Below, piece after piece: positions 1-8,861 of a stretch of 64,000 nt of DNA. Below the pieces are notes generated by a model, which worked only from the letters and a program-made list of their open reading frames with translations, was not told the DNA's origin and did not search any database. How positions within the stretch are numbered: the first letter of the stretch is position 1; every line of letters starts with the position of its first letter. This stretch comes from an uncultured Gemmatimonadales bacterium (GTDB taxonomy: Bacteria > Gemmatimonadota > Gemmatimonadetes > Longimicrobiales > Longimicrobiaceae): the NCBI GenBank assembly GCA_963716255.1, contig OY970303.1, forward strand, positions 4,224,001-4,288,000, given 5' to 3'. The position numbers were made by a program, and so were the translations under genes.

Positions 1-110
1 GCGTCGCCCTGGAGCACGTCCCCGGGCGCCCCTTCCAGGCGCTTCGCCGCGGCGAGCGTGGCGCCCGCACCGCGCACGCGTAGCCGCAACAGAGGCAGGA
101 TTCGACTGAA

Positions 111-150
111 CGGGGGCGCGCCGCACCGCGGCGCGCCCCCGTAGTCTTTT
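111..150 (+). terminator. GC-rich hairpin followed by T-run; probable intrinsic terminator of upstream (off-window) gene
   Basis: cgggggcgcgccgc-acc-gcggcgcgcccccg perfect inverted repeat then tagtcttttt. Confidence 0.6.
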
Positions 151-390
151 CCACCCACGTGCATCTCTTTCCGGTCCGGGGCGCCCCCGCCCCGCCTGCC
201 CCTCCATCTCCCCACCCTCCGTCCCGCTCCGGCGGGCATCCCACAGCCGTCGCGGCCGCGCCGCGGCACGTACGCACGGGCCGCTTCCCATCCCCCGGCA
301 AACCCCGGAAAGGCGCCGATTTGTATGAGCCGCGCTCAGCGATTACGATGATGCGCGCCCATCCACCCCCACCCCGCGACCCGGAGTCGC

Positions 391-1173
391 GTGCGCACCA
401 TCCGGCAGCTCTTCGACCTTTCCGGCAGCGTCGCGCTGGTCACCGGCGGCGGCCGCGGGCTGGGCGAGCAGGTCGCCCGCGGGCTGGCCCAGGCCGGCGC
501 CGCCGTGGCGCTGGGCTCGCGGAAGAAGGAGGCGTGCGATGCCATCGCCGCCGAGCTGCGCGAGGCGTACGGCGCGCGGGCGCTCGGCCTGCGCCTGGAC
601 GTGACCTCCGAGGAGGAGGTGCGCGCCGCGGTGGAGGAGGCCGAGCGCGAGCTGGGTCCCGTGGACCTGCTGGTGAACAATTCCGGCGCCACCTGGGGCG
701 CTCCCGCCGCCGAGATGCCGCTGGACGCGTGGCGCAGGGTGATGGAGACCAACGCCACCGGCACCTTTCTGTGCTCGCGCGAGGTGGGGCGGCGGCTGAT
801 CGCGCGCGGCGCCGGCGGGGCCATCCTCAACGTGGCCTCCGTTTCCGGGCTGGGCGGCGCCCCGCCCGAGGTCCTGGACGCGGTGGGCTACAGCGCCTCC
901 AAGGGGGCGGTGGTCGCCTTCACGCGCGACCTGGCGGTGAAGTGGGCGCGGCACGGGATCCGGGTGAACGCCGTGGCCCCCGGCTTCTTCCCCACGAAGA
1001 TGACCGCCGGGGTGCTGGCGGCGGCGGAGCGCGGCATCGCGCGGATGGTCCCGCTGGGGCGCGTCGGCGCGGACGACGAGCTGATGGGCGCGGCGCTCTT
1101 CCTCCTGTCGCCCGCGGCGTCGTACGTCACCGGGCAGGTGCTGGCGGTGGACGGGGGGATGACCGCGGCCTGA
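391..1173 (+). CDS. SDR family oxidoreductase (gluconate 5-dehydrogenase-like)
   Basis: TGGGRGLG Rossmann motif, NNSG, YSASK catalytic motif, VNAVAPG, YVTGQ..VDGG. Confidence 0.9.
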   Translation: MRTIRQLFDLSGSVALVTGGGRGLGEQVARGLAQAGAAVALGSRKKEACDAIAAELREAYGARALGLRLDVTSEEEVRAAVEEAERELGPVDLLVNNSGATWGAPAAEMPLDAWRRVMETNATGTFLCSREVGRRLIARGAGGAILNVASVSGLGGAPPEVLDAVGYSASKGAVVAFTRDLAVKWARHGIRVNAVAPGFFPTKMTAGVLAAAERGIARMVPLGRVGADDELMGAALFLLSPAASYVTGQVLAVDGGMTAA

Positions 1174-1266
1174 GCCACCGGGCGGCGGGTGCGGAGATTG
1201 CCGGGTCCAGCGGGCCCCGGCGCAGGTGGTCGAAGGAACGAACAGACTCTCACAGGAGCGACAGCG

Positions 1267-3438
1267 ATGGCAGCCACGGAGACCCCGGTGGAGACCGGCT
1301 CCCGCATGGTCCGCATGGAGATCGAGGACGGCATCGCCGTGATCCGCCTCGACCAGCCGGGGAAGCCGGTCAACGTCATCTCCCGGCAGATGATGGAGGA
1401 GATGGGCGAGGTCCTGGGCCGCCTGGAGGCGCGCGAGGGGGGCGTCCGCGCCGCCGTGATCGCCTCCGACAAGCCCGGCGTGTGGATCGCCGGCGCCGAC
1501 ATCGAGGAGTTCCAGCACATCCGGAGCGCCGCCGACGGCGAGCAGCTCAGCCTGGCCGGCCACCGGCTCCTCAACCGCATCGAGGCGCTGGAGATCCCGG
1601 TGGTCGCCGCCATCGACGGGGCGGCGCTCGGCGGCGGGCTGGAGACCGCGCTCGCCTGCGACTACCGCATGGCCAGCAGCTCCCCCAGGACCAAGCTGGG
1701 CCTCCCCGAGGTGCAGCTCGGCATCCTCCCCGGCGCCGGGGGGACGCAGCGGCTGCCGCGGCTGCTGGGGATCGCCAGCGCGCTCGACCTGATGCTCACC
1801 GGCAAGAACCTGGACGGCCGCCGCGCCATGAAGCTGGGGCTGGTGGACGAGGTGGTCCCCGCGCCCATCCTCCTCCGCGAGGCGAAGCGCGCCGCCCGCG
1901 AACTCGCCGACGGCACGCGGAAGCCGCGCGCCGGCCGCCGCCGCGGGTCGCCGGACTGGAAGGAGGGGCTCCCCGGGGTGGGCGCCATCATCTTCCGCAA
2001 GGCGCGCGAAGGGGTGATGGACAAGACGAAGGGGCTGTACCCCGCGCCGCTCCGGATCCTGGAGGTGGTGGAGCGGGGGATCGACCGGCCGCTGGAGGAG
2101 GGGCTGGCGCTGGAAGCGAAGGCCTTCGGCGAGCTGAGCGTCACCCCCGAGTCGCGCAGCCTGGTGCACCTGTTCTTTTCGAAGACCGGCGCCGAGAACC
2201 GTCCCGACCTTCCCGGCAGCCCCAGGCCCGTCAAGGCCGAGCACGTCGCCGTGGTGGGCGCCGGCTTCATGGGCGCCGGGATCGCCGCCGCCTCCGCCGA
2301 GTCGGGGATGAGCGTGCGCCTCAAGGACGTGAGCACGCAGGCCGTCGCCAAGGGGCTGAAGACCGCGCGCGACATCCTCGCCAGGCGGGCGAAGCGCAAG
2401 CGCCTCCCCCGCTACGAAGTCACCCGGCTGGTGGACCGGGTGGAGCCCACCGCCGGGTACACCGGCTTCGGCGCCGTGGACCTGGTGGTGGAAGCCGTGT
2501 TCGAGGAGCTGGAGCTGAAGCACCGCGTGCTCCGCGAGATCGAGGCCGAGATCCCCGAGGACGCCGTGCTGGGCTCCAACACCTCCACCATCCCCATCCA
2601 CCGCCTGGCCGAGGCCGTGTCGCGCCCGCAGAACGTGCTGGGGCTGCACTTCTTCTCCCCCGTGGAGAAGATGCCGCTGCTGGAGATCATCATCACCGAC
2701 CAGACCGACCCGGAGGTGGCCGCCACCGGGCACGCCTACGGCAAGCGGCTGGGCAAGACCCCCATCATCGTCAACGATTCCCCCGGCTTCTACGCCAACC
2801 GCATCCTCACCCCTTACATGGCCGAGGCGGCGCTGCTGCTGGACGAAGGCGCGCGGATGGAGGACATCGACCGCGCCATGACCGCGTGGGGGTACCCGGT
2901 GGGCCCCGTCACCCTGTACGACGAGGTGGGGCTGGACGTGGCCTCCAAGGCCGGAAAGATCATGGCCGAAGCCTTCGCCGACCGCATGAAGCCCAGCGAC
3001 GTCGTCAACCGGCTGGTGGCCGACGGGCGGCTGGGGCGCAAGAACGGACGCGGCTTCTACCGCTACGAAGAAGGCGAGCGCAAGGGCCCGGACGAGAGCG
3101 TGTACGCCCTCATCGGCGGCCCGCCGCGCCGCGACGTCCCCGCCGCCGAGATCCAGGACAGGCTCGCGCTGGTCATGGTCAACGAGGCGGTGCGGACGCT
3201 GGAGGAGGGGGTGCTGCGCAGCGCCCGCGACGGCGACGTGGGTGCCATCCTGGGGATCGGCTTCCCGCCCTTCCGCGGCGGCCCCTTCTGGTACGTGGAC
3301 CAGACCGGCGCGGACGAGGTGCTGGCCCGCCTGCGCGCGCTGGAGCAGAAGCACGGCCCGCGCTTCGCCCCCGCCGCGCTGCTGGTGGAGAAGGCCGAGA
3401 CCGGGGGCAAGTTCTTCGACGCCGCGGACGCCGGGTGA
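1267..3438 (+). CDS. fadJ: Fatty acid oxidation complex subunit alpha (enoyl-CoA hydratase/3-hydroxyacyl-CoA dehydrogenase, FadJ-like)
   Basis: AGADI, ALGGGLE, GLPEVQLGILPGAGGTQRLPRL hydratase motifs; VVGAGFMGAGIA, SNTSTIPI, GLHFFSPVEKMPLLE; start chosen at ATG 1267 after aggag. Confidence 0.9.
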   Translation: MAATETPVETGSRMVRMEIEDGIAVIRLDQPGKPVNVISRQMMEEMGEVLGRLEAREGGVRAAVIASDKPGVWIAGADIEEFQHIRSAADGEQLSLAGHRLLNRIEALEIPVVAAIDGAALGGGLETALACDYRMASSSPRTKLGLPEVQLGILPGAGGTQRLPRLLGIASALDLMLTGKNLDGRRAMKLGLVDEVVPAPILLREAKRAARELADGTRKPRAGRRRGSPDWKEGLPGVGAIIFRKAREGVMDKTKGLYPAPLRILEVVERGIDRPLEEGLALEAKAFGELSVTPESRSLVHLFFSKTGAENRPDLPGSPRPVKAEHVAVVGAGFMGAGIAAASAESGMSVRLKDVSTQAVAKGLKTARDILARRAKRKRLPRYEVTRLVDRVEPTAGYTGFGAVDLVVEAVFEELELKHRVLREIEAEIPEDAVLGSNTSTIPIHRLAEAVSRPQNVLGLHFFSPVEKMPLLEIIITDQTDPEVAATGHAYGKRLGKTPIIVNDSPGFYANRILTPYMAEAALLLDEGARMEDIDRAMTAWGYPVGPVTLYDEVGLDVASKAGKIMAEAFADRMKPSDVVNRLVADGRLGRKNGRGFYRYEEGERKGPDESVYALIGGPPRRDVPAAEIQDRLALVMVNEAVRTLEEGVLRSARDGDVGAILGIGFPPFRGGPFWYVDQTGADEVLARLRALEQKHGPRFAPAALLVEKAETGGKFFDAADAG

Positions 3439-4400
3439 GCGAAGCCGTGACGGAGGTCGCGGCCGGCGTCCACCGCATCGCCGTCCCCCTCCCGTTCCCG
3501 CCGCACGAGGTCGCCGCCTGGCTGATCGAGGGGGACGACGGCTTCACCCTGGTGGACACCGGGATGGACACCCCCACGGCGCGCGCCGCGCTGCGCGGCG
3601 GCGCCGAGCGGGTGGGGGTGACGCCCGGGAACCTGGCGCACGTGCTCCTCACCCACGTGCACATCGACCACTACGGGCTCGCCGGGCCCGTGCGGGCGTG
3701 GTCCGGGGCGCGCGTGGCGATCCACGAGCGCGAAGAGGCGCTGGCCCGCCGTTTCGTGGACCGCTGGCCCGAGGACCGCCAGGGAGCCGTCGGCGGTTTC
3801 CGGGAGATGGGGGTGCCCGAAGATCTGGCCGCGCAGCTGCTCGCGGCCACCGACCGCATCCACGCCCTGTACGCCCACTTCCAGCCGGACGAGCTCCTGG
3901 TGGGGGAGCGAGGTCCTCTCCCCGGCGGGGGCGGGTGGGAGTGGATGCTCACCCCCGGCCACTCGCCCGGGCACGTGGTGGTGTACCACCCCGAGCGGCG
4001 AATCCTGGTGGCGGGCGACCACGTCCTCCCCCGCATCTCCCCCAACATCGGCGCGGACCTGTACGTCGAGGACCCCCTCACCGACTACCTGGCCTCGCTG
4101 CGACGCCTGCGCGAGCTCCCGGTGGAGGTGGTCCTTCCCTCGCACGGGCCGCTTTTCGGCGACCTGGCCGGGCGCGTCGGCGAGATCCTGGAGCACCACG
4201 AGGCTCGCAACCGCGAAGTCCTCGGCCTCCTCGCCGCTCCCGCGACCGCGTACGAGGTGGCCGCGGGGATCTTTCCCTCGCTCCCGCCCGACAACTTCGT
4301 CCACGCGCTGCGCGAGGTGCGTGCCCACCTCATCCACCTGGAGAGCGAAGGGCGCGCCGAGCGCGTTCCCGGTTTCCCGGAGCGCTGGCGAGCGGCTTAG
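3435..4400 (+). CDS. MBL-fold metallo-hydrolase
   Basis: LVDTG, THVHIDH, TPGHSPGH, AGDH, PSHG motifs; GTG start overlaps fadJ stop (GTGA). Confidence 0.88.
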   Translation: MSEAVTEVAAGVHRIAVPLPFPPHEVAAWLIEGDDGFTLVDTGMDTPTARAALRGGAERVGVTPGNLAHVLLTHVHIDHYGLAGPVRAWSGARVAIHEREEALARRFVDRWPEDRQGAVGGFREMGVPEDLAAQLLAATDRIHALYAHFQPDELLVGERGPLPGGGGWEWMLTPGHSPGHVVVYHPERRILVAGDHVLPRISPNIGADLYVEDPLTDYLASLRRLRELPVEVVLPSHGPLFGDLAGRVGEILEHHEARNREVLGLLAAPATAYEVAAGIFPSLPPDNFVHALREVRAHLIHLESEGRAERVPGFPERWRAA

Positions 4401-4516
4401 GACCGGTCTGGACGGGCGGGTTCGGGCGTGCCCCCGGCTGGCGCCGGGGTCGGGCTTCGGCTCCGTAGGGCTGCAAACGACGCAGCCCAACGGAGTCGAG
4501 CCCCGGCAAACAGCCG

Positions 4517-6080
4517 CTAGTCATACCCCAAATCTCTACAGGTGGTTGAAACCGTTGCGCTTGGCAGGGCAGCCCGTAGCTTGGGAAGCTCCCTGGCAGG
4601 AGGTGTACGATGAGCGCAGAGAATAGGAGTTGGGCCCAAGAGCAATTCGAAGGAGCTGCGCTGGGCGATGTGCGTCGGGTGGACCGAGCGACTTTCATCG
4701 CAAGCCGCCTTCTGGATTCGCCGGGCAGCAGCCTTCCGGCTCTGTTCGACCGCCGCTACGACGTCAAGGCGGCCTATGCGCTGTTCGACCATGCGCAGGT
4801 CACCCCGGATACGCTGCAGGAGGGGCACCGGAGCCGACTGCGCGAGACGATGACCTCGGGGCCCCCGGGCCGTACGATCCTGCTGGCGGAGGATACGTCT
4901 GCGTTCAGCTGGAGTGGGAAGACGCCGCGTGCGGACATGGGCCCCCTGGGGTCGGGGAAGAAGGGGCTGCAAGGCTTCTTCGTTCACTCCGTGCTGGCGA
5001 TCGAGTGGGTGCCAGAGCGAGCTGTGGCCGAGGGCAAATCGCGCCCTGCGCTGCTGGTGCTCGGGCTTGCAGACCAGCAGTACTACGTCCGTCCTCAGGA
5101 GAGACAGCGCACGGCAGAGCGGGATTCCAAGGTTGCCAAAGCACGACAGCGGGAGTCGGAGATCTGGAGCTACAGCACACTGCGGCTGGGCGAGGCTCCG
5201 GCAGGCGCACGTTGGATTCGCGTGTGCGACCGGGAGGCAGACATCTACGAGTTCCTGACGCTGTGCCAGGAGTCAGGGCACGGCTTCCTGGTGCGCGCCA
5301 CGCAGGATCGCGCCCTGGAGTGGGCGCAGTGGCAGACTGGTTCGGGAAGCGGAGCAAGGCTATTCACGCAGCTGAGAGCCCAGCCTGCCGCGGGAGGATT
5401 CACCCTCTCTCTGCGGGAGCGTCCGCAGCACCCCGCCCGTGAAGCGGTCCTGAGCGTGGCGTTCTGCCAGGTGACGCTGCGCTCGCCCCAACGACCGGGG
5501 AAGAGTCCAGGCGGCTTGCCGGGCGTGCGCTGCACGGCGGTGCGCGTCTGGGAGGCGGATCCGCCTGCGAGTGTAAAGGAGCCCCTGGAGTGGATTCTCC
5601 TCTGCGATCAGCCCGTGTATTCGGCCGCCGAAGCCGCCGCGTGTGCCCGCCAGTACTCGGCGCGCTGGCTGGTGGAGGAGTATCACAAGGTGCTCAAGAG
5701 CGGGCTGGGAGCGGAGCACTTGCAGTTGGAGACGAGCGAGCGGCTCTACGCAGCCATCGCGTTGCTGAGCGTGGTCGCGACGCGCATTCTCACCCTGAAG
5801 GAGGCGGTACGGATCGATCCGTTCGCTCCCGCGGAGGACTCTGGGCTCACCGAGCGAGAACGCATGCTCCTGGCGTTGCGACTACGCCGCGAGTTAAAGA
5901 CTGTACGCGATGTGGCGCTCGCGCTCGGACGTCTGGGCGGACACATGGGCTCGCACCAGGGCACGCGCGTCGACCACATGCCCGGCTGGATCACGCTCTG
6001 GAGAGGCATGCAGGCCCTGCAACTCATGGTGCAGGGCGCTGACCTCGCAGCCTCCCTAGATAAATTTGGGGTATGACAAG
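4517..6080 (+). mobile_element. IS4-family (IS50/Tn5-like) insertion sequence, 1564 bp
   Basis: Terminal IRs ctagtcataccccaaat (4517-4533) / atttggggtatgacaag (6064-6080), 1 mismatch in 17; 10-bp target duplication CAAACAGCCG at 4507-4516 and 6081-6090. Confidence 0.93.
4610..6076 (+). CDS. IS4 family transposase (Tn5-like)
   Basis: N-terminal WAQEQF..A.LGD.RR, DREADIY, YSARWLVEEYHKVLKSG (YREK-type), LGRLGG..PGWITLWRG; stop codon lies inside right IR. Confidence 0.93.
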   Translation: MSAENRSWAQEQFEGAALGDVRRVDRATFIASRLLDSPGSSLPALFDRRYDVKAAYALFDHAQVTPDTLQEGHRSRLRETMTSGPPGRTILLAEDTSAFSWSGKTPRADMGPLGSGKKGLQGFFVHSVLAIEWVPERAVAEGKSRPALLVLGLADQQYYVRPQERQRTAERDSKVAKARQRESEIWSYSTLRLGEAPAGARWIRVCDREADIYEFLTLCQESGHGFLVRATQDRALEWAQWQTGSGSGARLFTQLRAQPAAGGFTLSLRERPQHPAREAVLSVAFCQVTLRSPQRPGKSPGGLPGVRCTAVRVWEADPPASVKEPLEWILLCDQPVYSAAEAAACARQYSARWLVEEYHKVLKSGLGAEHLQLETSERLYAAIALLSVVATRILTLKEAVRIDPFAPAEDSGLTERERMLLALRLRRELKTVRDVALALGRLGGHMGSHQGTRVDHMPGWITLWRGMQALQLMVQGADLAASLDKFGV

Positions 6081-6158
6081 CAAACAGCCGCCGGGTCTCG
6101 CCCCTTCGGGCCGCAATCCCTCACGCAACTCCCTGCCCGTACTCCAGATCCAGCAGTT

Positions 6159-6219
6159 GGCCCCCTCTCCCAGAATTGGGAGAGGGTGGCGAGCCTCAAG
6201 CGAGCCGGGTGAGGGGCCG
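6159..6219 (+). repeat. Family-3 REP-like double-hairpin repeat
   Basis: ccctctcccagaattgggagaggg + ggcgagcctcaagcgagccgggtgaggg; near-identical reverse copy at 44101-44160, degenerate copy 7735-7785. Confidence 0.8.
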
Positions 6220-6229
6220 GGCCGTCCGC

Positions 6230-6880
6230 TTACGCGCCGTGCTCCGGGGGGGGCTCTCCCGCCAGCTCCGCGCGCACCTCCTCCTCCAGCTCCTCCACCA
6301 CCGCCAGGGGGATGTCCTCCTCCGGGCGCGGGTGGAAGATCTTCCATTCCCTCGCCGCCCACACCGCCGCGCCCGTCACCAGCACCCCGCCCAGGATCCA
6401 CTCCTCGTACGGGCGCACCCGCAGGATCAGTCCCCCCACCGTCTCGCCGAAGAGGTAGCCCAGGGCGATGTAGACCACCGCGAAGCACAGCGAGCCCAGC
6501 AGGTTGAAGGTGAGGTACACCGGCAGGCGCAGCCGCGCCGCGCCCATGCTCACCGACAGTACGATGCGCAGCCCGTAGGCGAAGCGGGTCAGGAACGCCG
6601 TCGCGCGCCCCCAGCGGCGCAGCAGCAGGACGGCGCGCGCCCGCGGCTTCCGCAGCGAGGGAAAGGCGCGGATCATCCGGCGCCCCGTGAAGCGCCCGAT
6701 GAAGTAGTACATGGAGTCCGCCGCCATCCCGCCCGCCACCGCCGTCAGGTAGGTGGGGAACAGCTCCAGGTACCCCCGGCTGGCCGCGTACCCCGCCAGC
6801 ACGAACGCCATCTCCCCCTCGATCAGGGCGCCCACGAACACCGCCAGGTAGCCGTACTTCTCGAACCAGGTGCCGTCCAT
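6230..6880 (-). CDS. DedA family membrane protein
   Basis: YGYLAVFVGALIEGE, AGYAA, D..YYFIGR, FLTRFAYGLR motifs; start at ATG 6880. Confidence 0.88.
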   Translation of the reverse strand: MDGTWFEKYGYLAVFVGALIEGEMAFVLAGYAASRGYLELFPTYLTAVAGGMAADSMYYFIGRFTGRRMIRAFPSLRKPRARAVLLLRRWGRATAFLTRFAYGLRIVLSVSMGAARLRLPVYLTFNLLGSLCFAVVYIALGYLFGETVGGLILRVRPYEEWILGGVLVTGAAVWAAREWKIFHPRPEEDIPLAVVEELEEEVRAELAGEPPPEHGA

Positions 6881-7026
6881 CCTCGTCCGCCGCTCGGGGA
6901 CCGTCCCGCCGACCCGCCGGCGGGCGCCGCGCTCCCGTCCGGAAAGCGGCTCCGACAATCTAGCACGAGCCTTGCGCGCGGGCGCCCCTCCACGAGGCAC
7001 GACCTGATTCCACCGGGAGAGAGACC

Positions 7027-7467
7027 ATGGCGGAGTGGAGCGAGAACCTGATCACGGACGGCGAAGGCGTGCGGCAGGTCCTGCGCGACGCCAGGCGCGT
7101 CGCGGTGCTCGGCATCAAGACCGAGGCAGCGGCGGGACAGCCCGCCAATTACGTCCCCCAGTACCTCCAGCAGGCCGGGTACGAGATCGTCCCCGTGCCC
7201 GTCTACTATCCCAACGCGGTCGAGATCATGGGGGAGAAAGTGTACCGGTCGCTCGCCGAGGTGCCCGGCGAGATCGACCTGGTGGTGGTGTTCCGGCGCT
7301 CCGAGGACGTCCCGCCTCACCTGGACGACTTCCTCGCGGCAAAGCCCAGGGCGGTATGGATGCAGAGCGGGATCCGGCACGACGAGGTGGCGCGGCGGCT
7401 GGCGGAGGCGGGGATCAAGGTGGTGCAGAACCGGTGCAGCATGGTGGAGCACAGGTATCTGCGCTGA
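7027..7467 (+). CDS. CoA-binding protein (YccU-like)
   Basis: VAVLG, VYRSLAEVP..IDLVVVFR, VWMQSGI..NRC. Confidence 0.88.
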   Translation: MAEWSENLITDGEGVRQVLRDARRVAVLGIKTEAAAGQPANYVPQYLQQAGYEIVPVPVYYPNAVEIMGEKVYRSLAEVPGEIDLVVVFRRSEDVPPHLDDFLAAKPRAVWMQSGIRHDEVARRLAEAGIKVVQNRCSMVEHRYLR

Positions 7468-7499
7468 GGGTTTCGGGGGGCGTCGGCGGGGTGTAGGTT

Positions 7500-7664
7500 G
7501 GGGCCGCTCCGGAGCCGGACGATACTGCCGTCCGTCTCCTGCGCGGGCGCAGGGAGCCTCGCCAAACAGCCGGCGAGTCTCCCTGCGCCGGAGGAGCCAG
7601 CCGAAACCGCCCGGCTGTCTCCCTCCGAGAAGATTTGAGGGGTACTGCGGGAACAGCGACGGCG
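7500..7664 (+). repeat. Family-2 modular hairpin repeat, copy A (three GGAGCC-stem-loop-GTCTCC units)
   Basis: ggggccgctccggagccggacgatactgccgtccgtctcctgcgcggg head shared with 23117, 46534(rev), 52171. Confidence 0.85.
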
Positions 7665-7785
7665 ACCCCCTCCCCCGGCCCCTCCCCGCAAGGGGGAGGG
7701 GAGCACGACACGGCGGAATTCGAGGGACAGGAAGCCCTCCCCCGGTATTGGGGGAGGGTGGCGGCTCTCAGGCCGCCGGGTGAGG
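7665..7785. repeat. REP-like GC hairpins (ccctccccgcaagggggaggg; ccctccccggtattggggaggg...) adjoining family-2 copy
   Basis: Inverted repeats; second one resembles family-3 at 6159. Confidence 0.6.
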
Positions 7786-8175
7786 CCCGGGGGAGCACCG
7801 CCGGCCGGTGGGGAAAGGTGCTCCGGGAATCTCCCCGCTGGCGCGTCGGGAAATTCCCCACGCGGCGTCCGGAAAAAGTGCAGGAATGTGGTTGAGAAAC
7901 GTTCTCAACTCATGCATCGTCGACGGGAGGCGATTCCCCGTTTGCCCGAGTAAATACTTGCCTTTCGGCGGTTTGGGCCGGCCGTGGGCGTCCGCTTCCC
8001 CGAAGCGGCCGGGAAGTTCTATTGCCGATTTTTGGGGGTGGTGTTATATGGGAGAGCTTAACCGCGCTCCCTCCGGTACGCCGGCCGTGGGCCCGGTGCA
8101 GGTGCCTGCGCGCGGGGGCCGCCTCTTGGGCGGGTCCCGCCCGCAGAGCAACGGTTCAATCCGCTTGGGTAGATC

Positions 8176-8850
8176 ATGACCAGAGTCCTCAAGTTCGCAG
8201 GGATCGTCCTCCTCACCCTCGGCGCGGCCACCTGCCGCCCGTACAGCACGGACGAGGGGCCGGACCAGCCCATCGCGTTCTACCACAGCGTGCACGCCGG
8301 GCAGAACCAGATGCCCTGCATGTACTGCCACACCACGGCGGACCGCTCCGTGGACGCGGGGATCCCCAGCGTGCAGCTCTGCGTCGGGTGCCACGTCCCC
8401 GGCAGCGCGGTGCAGCCGCCGGAGAACGCGCAGCTGGCCTTCCCGGCCGCTACCCGGGACTCGGTCTGGAACCGCGAGGCCACCAAGCTGGTGGACTACT
8501 GGAAGCGCCAGGAGTCCATCCCCTGGGTGCGCATCCACGACCTGCCCGACCACGCCAAGTTCCCGCACTACGTGCACGTGAACGTGGGGCTCCAGTGCCA
8601 GACCTGCCACGGGCCCGTCCAGGAGATGGAGAAGGTCTACCAGTTCTCCTCGCTCCGCATGGGCTGGTGCATCGACTGCCACCGCGGCGAGATGCCCCTG
8701 TCCGCGGCCGAGGAGGCGGCGGTGCGCAAGAACTCCGGCTACGTGCGGAAGATCGCCACGCTCGCGTCCACGGGGAACGACGTGCGCGCGGCGCAGAAGG
8801 CGTATCCCGACCAGCGCGCCAGCACGGACTGCGTCGTCTGCCACTACTGA
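8176..8850 (+). CDS. actA: Alternative complex III pentaheme cytochrome c subunit ActA
   Basis: Five CxxCH motifs (CMYCH, CVGCH, CQTCH, CIDCH, CVVCH), QPIAFYHSVHAG, IPWVRIHDLPD, LRMGWCIDCH; first gene of ACIII operon. Confidence 0.9.
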   Translation: MTRVLKFAGIVLLTLGAATCRPYSTDEGPDQPIAFYHSVHAGQNQMPCMYCHTTADRSVDAGIPSVQLCVGCHVPGSAVQPPENAQLAFPAATRDSVWNREATKLVDYWKRQESIPWVRIHDLPDHAKFPHYVHVNVGLQCQTCHGPVQEMEKVYQFSSLRMGWCIDCHRGEMPLSAAEEAAVRKNSGYVRKIATLASTGNDVRAAQKAYPDQRASTDCVVCHY

Positions 8851-8861
8851 GGGAACAGAGA

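Larger units (their letters stand above)
4414..6126 (+). repeat. Family-1 structured intergenic repeat (~140 bp), copy 1, split by the IS4-family element (parts 4414-4516 and 6091-6126)
   Basis: Rejoining across the TSD restores a sequence nearly identical to 41410-41552. Confidence 0.9.

Noticed and set aside
159..4400. 1413-aa ORF spanning SDR, fadJ and MBL genes
   Set aside because: Only the last 321 aa (from GTG 3435) are protein-like; the rest is an Arg/Gly/Pro-rich shadow frame typical of high-GC DNA. Same applies to most long overlapping ORFs in the track (e.g. 343-3354, 9035-11896, 31110-34010, 61071-63683).
7500..7664. Family-2 units as a mini CRISPR array
   Set aside because: Variable parts are self-complementary stems, not unique spacers; only 2-3 units; no cas genes in window.
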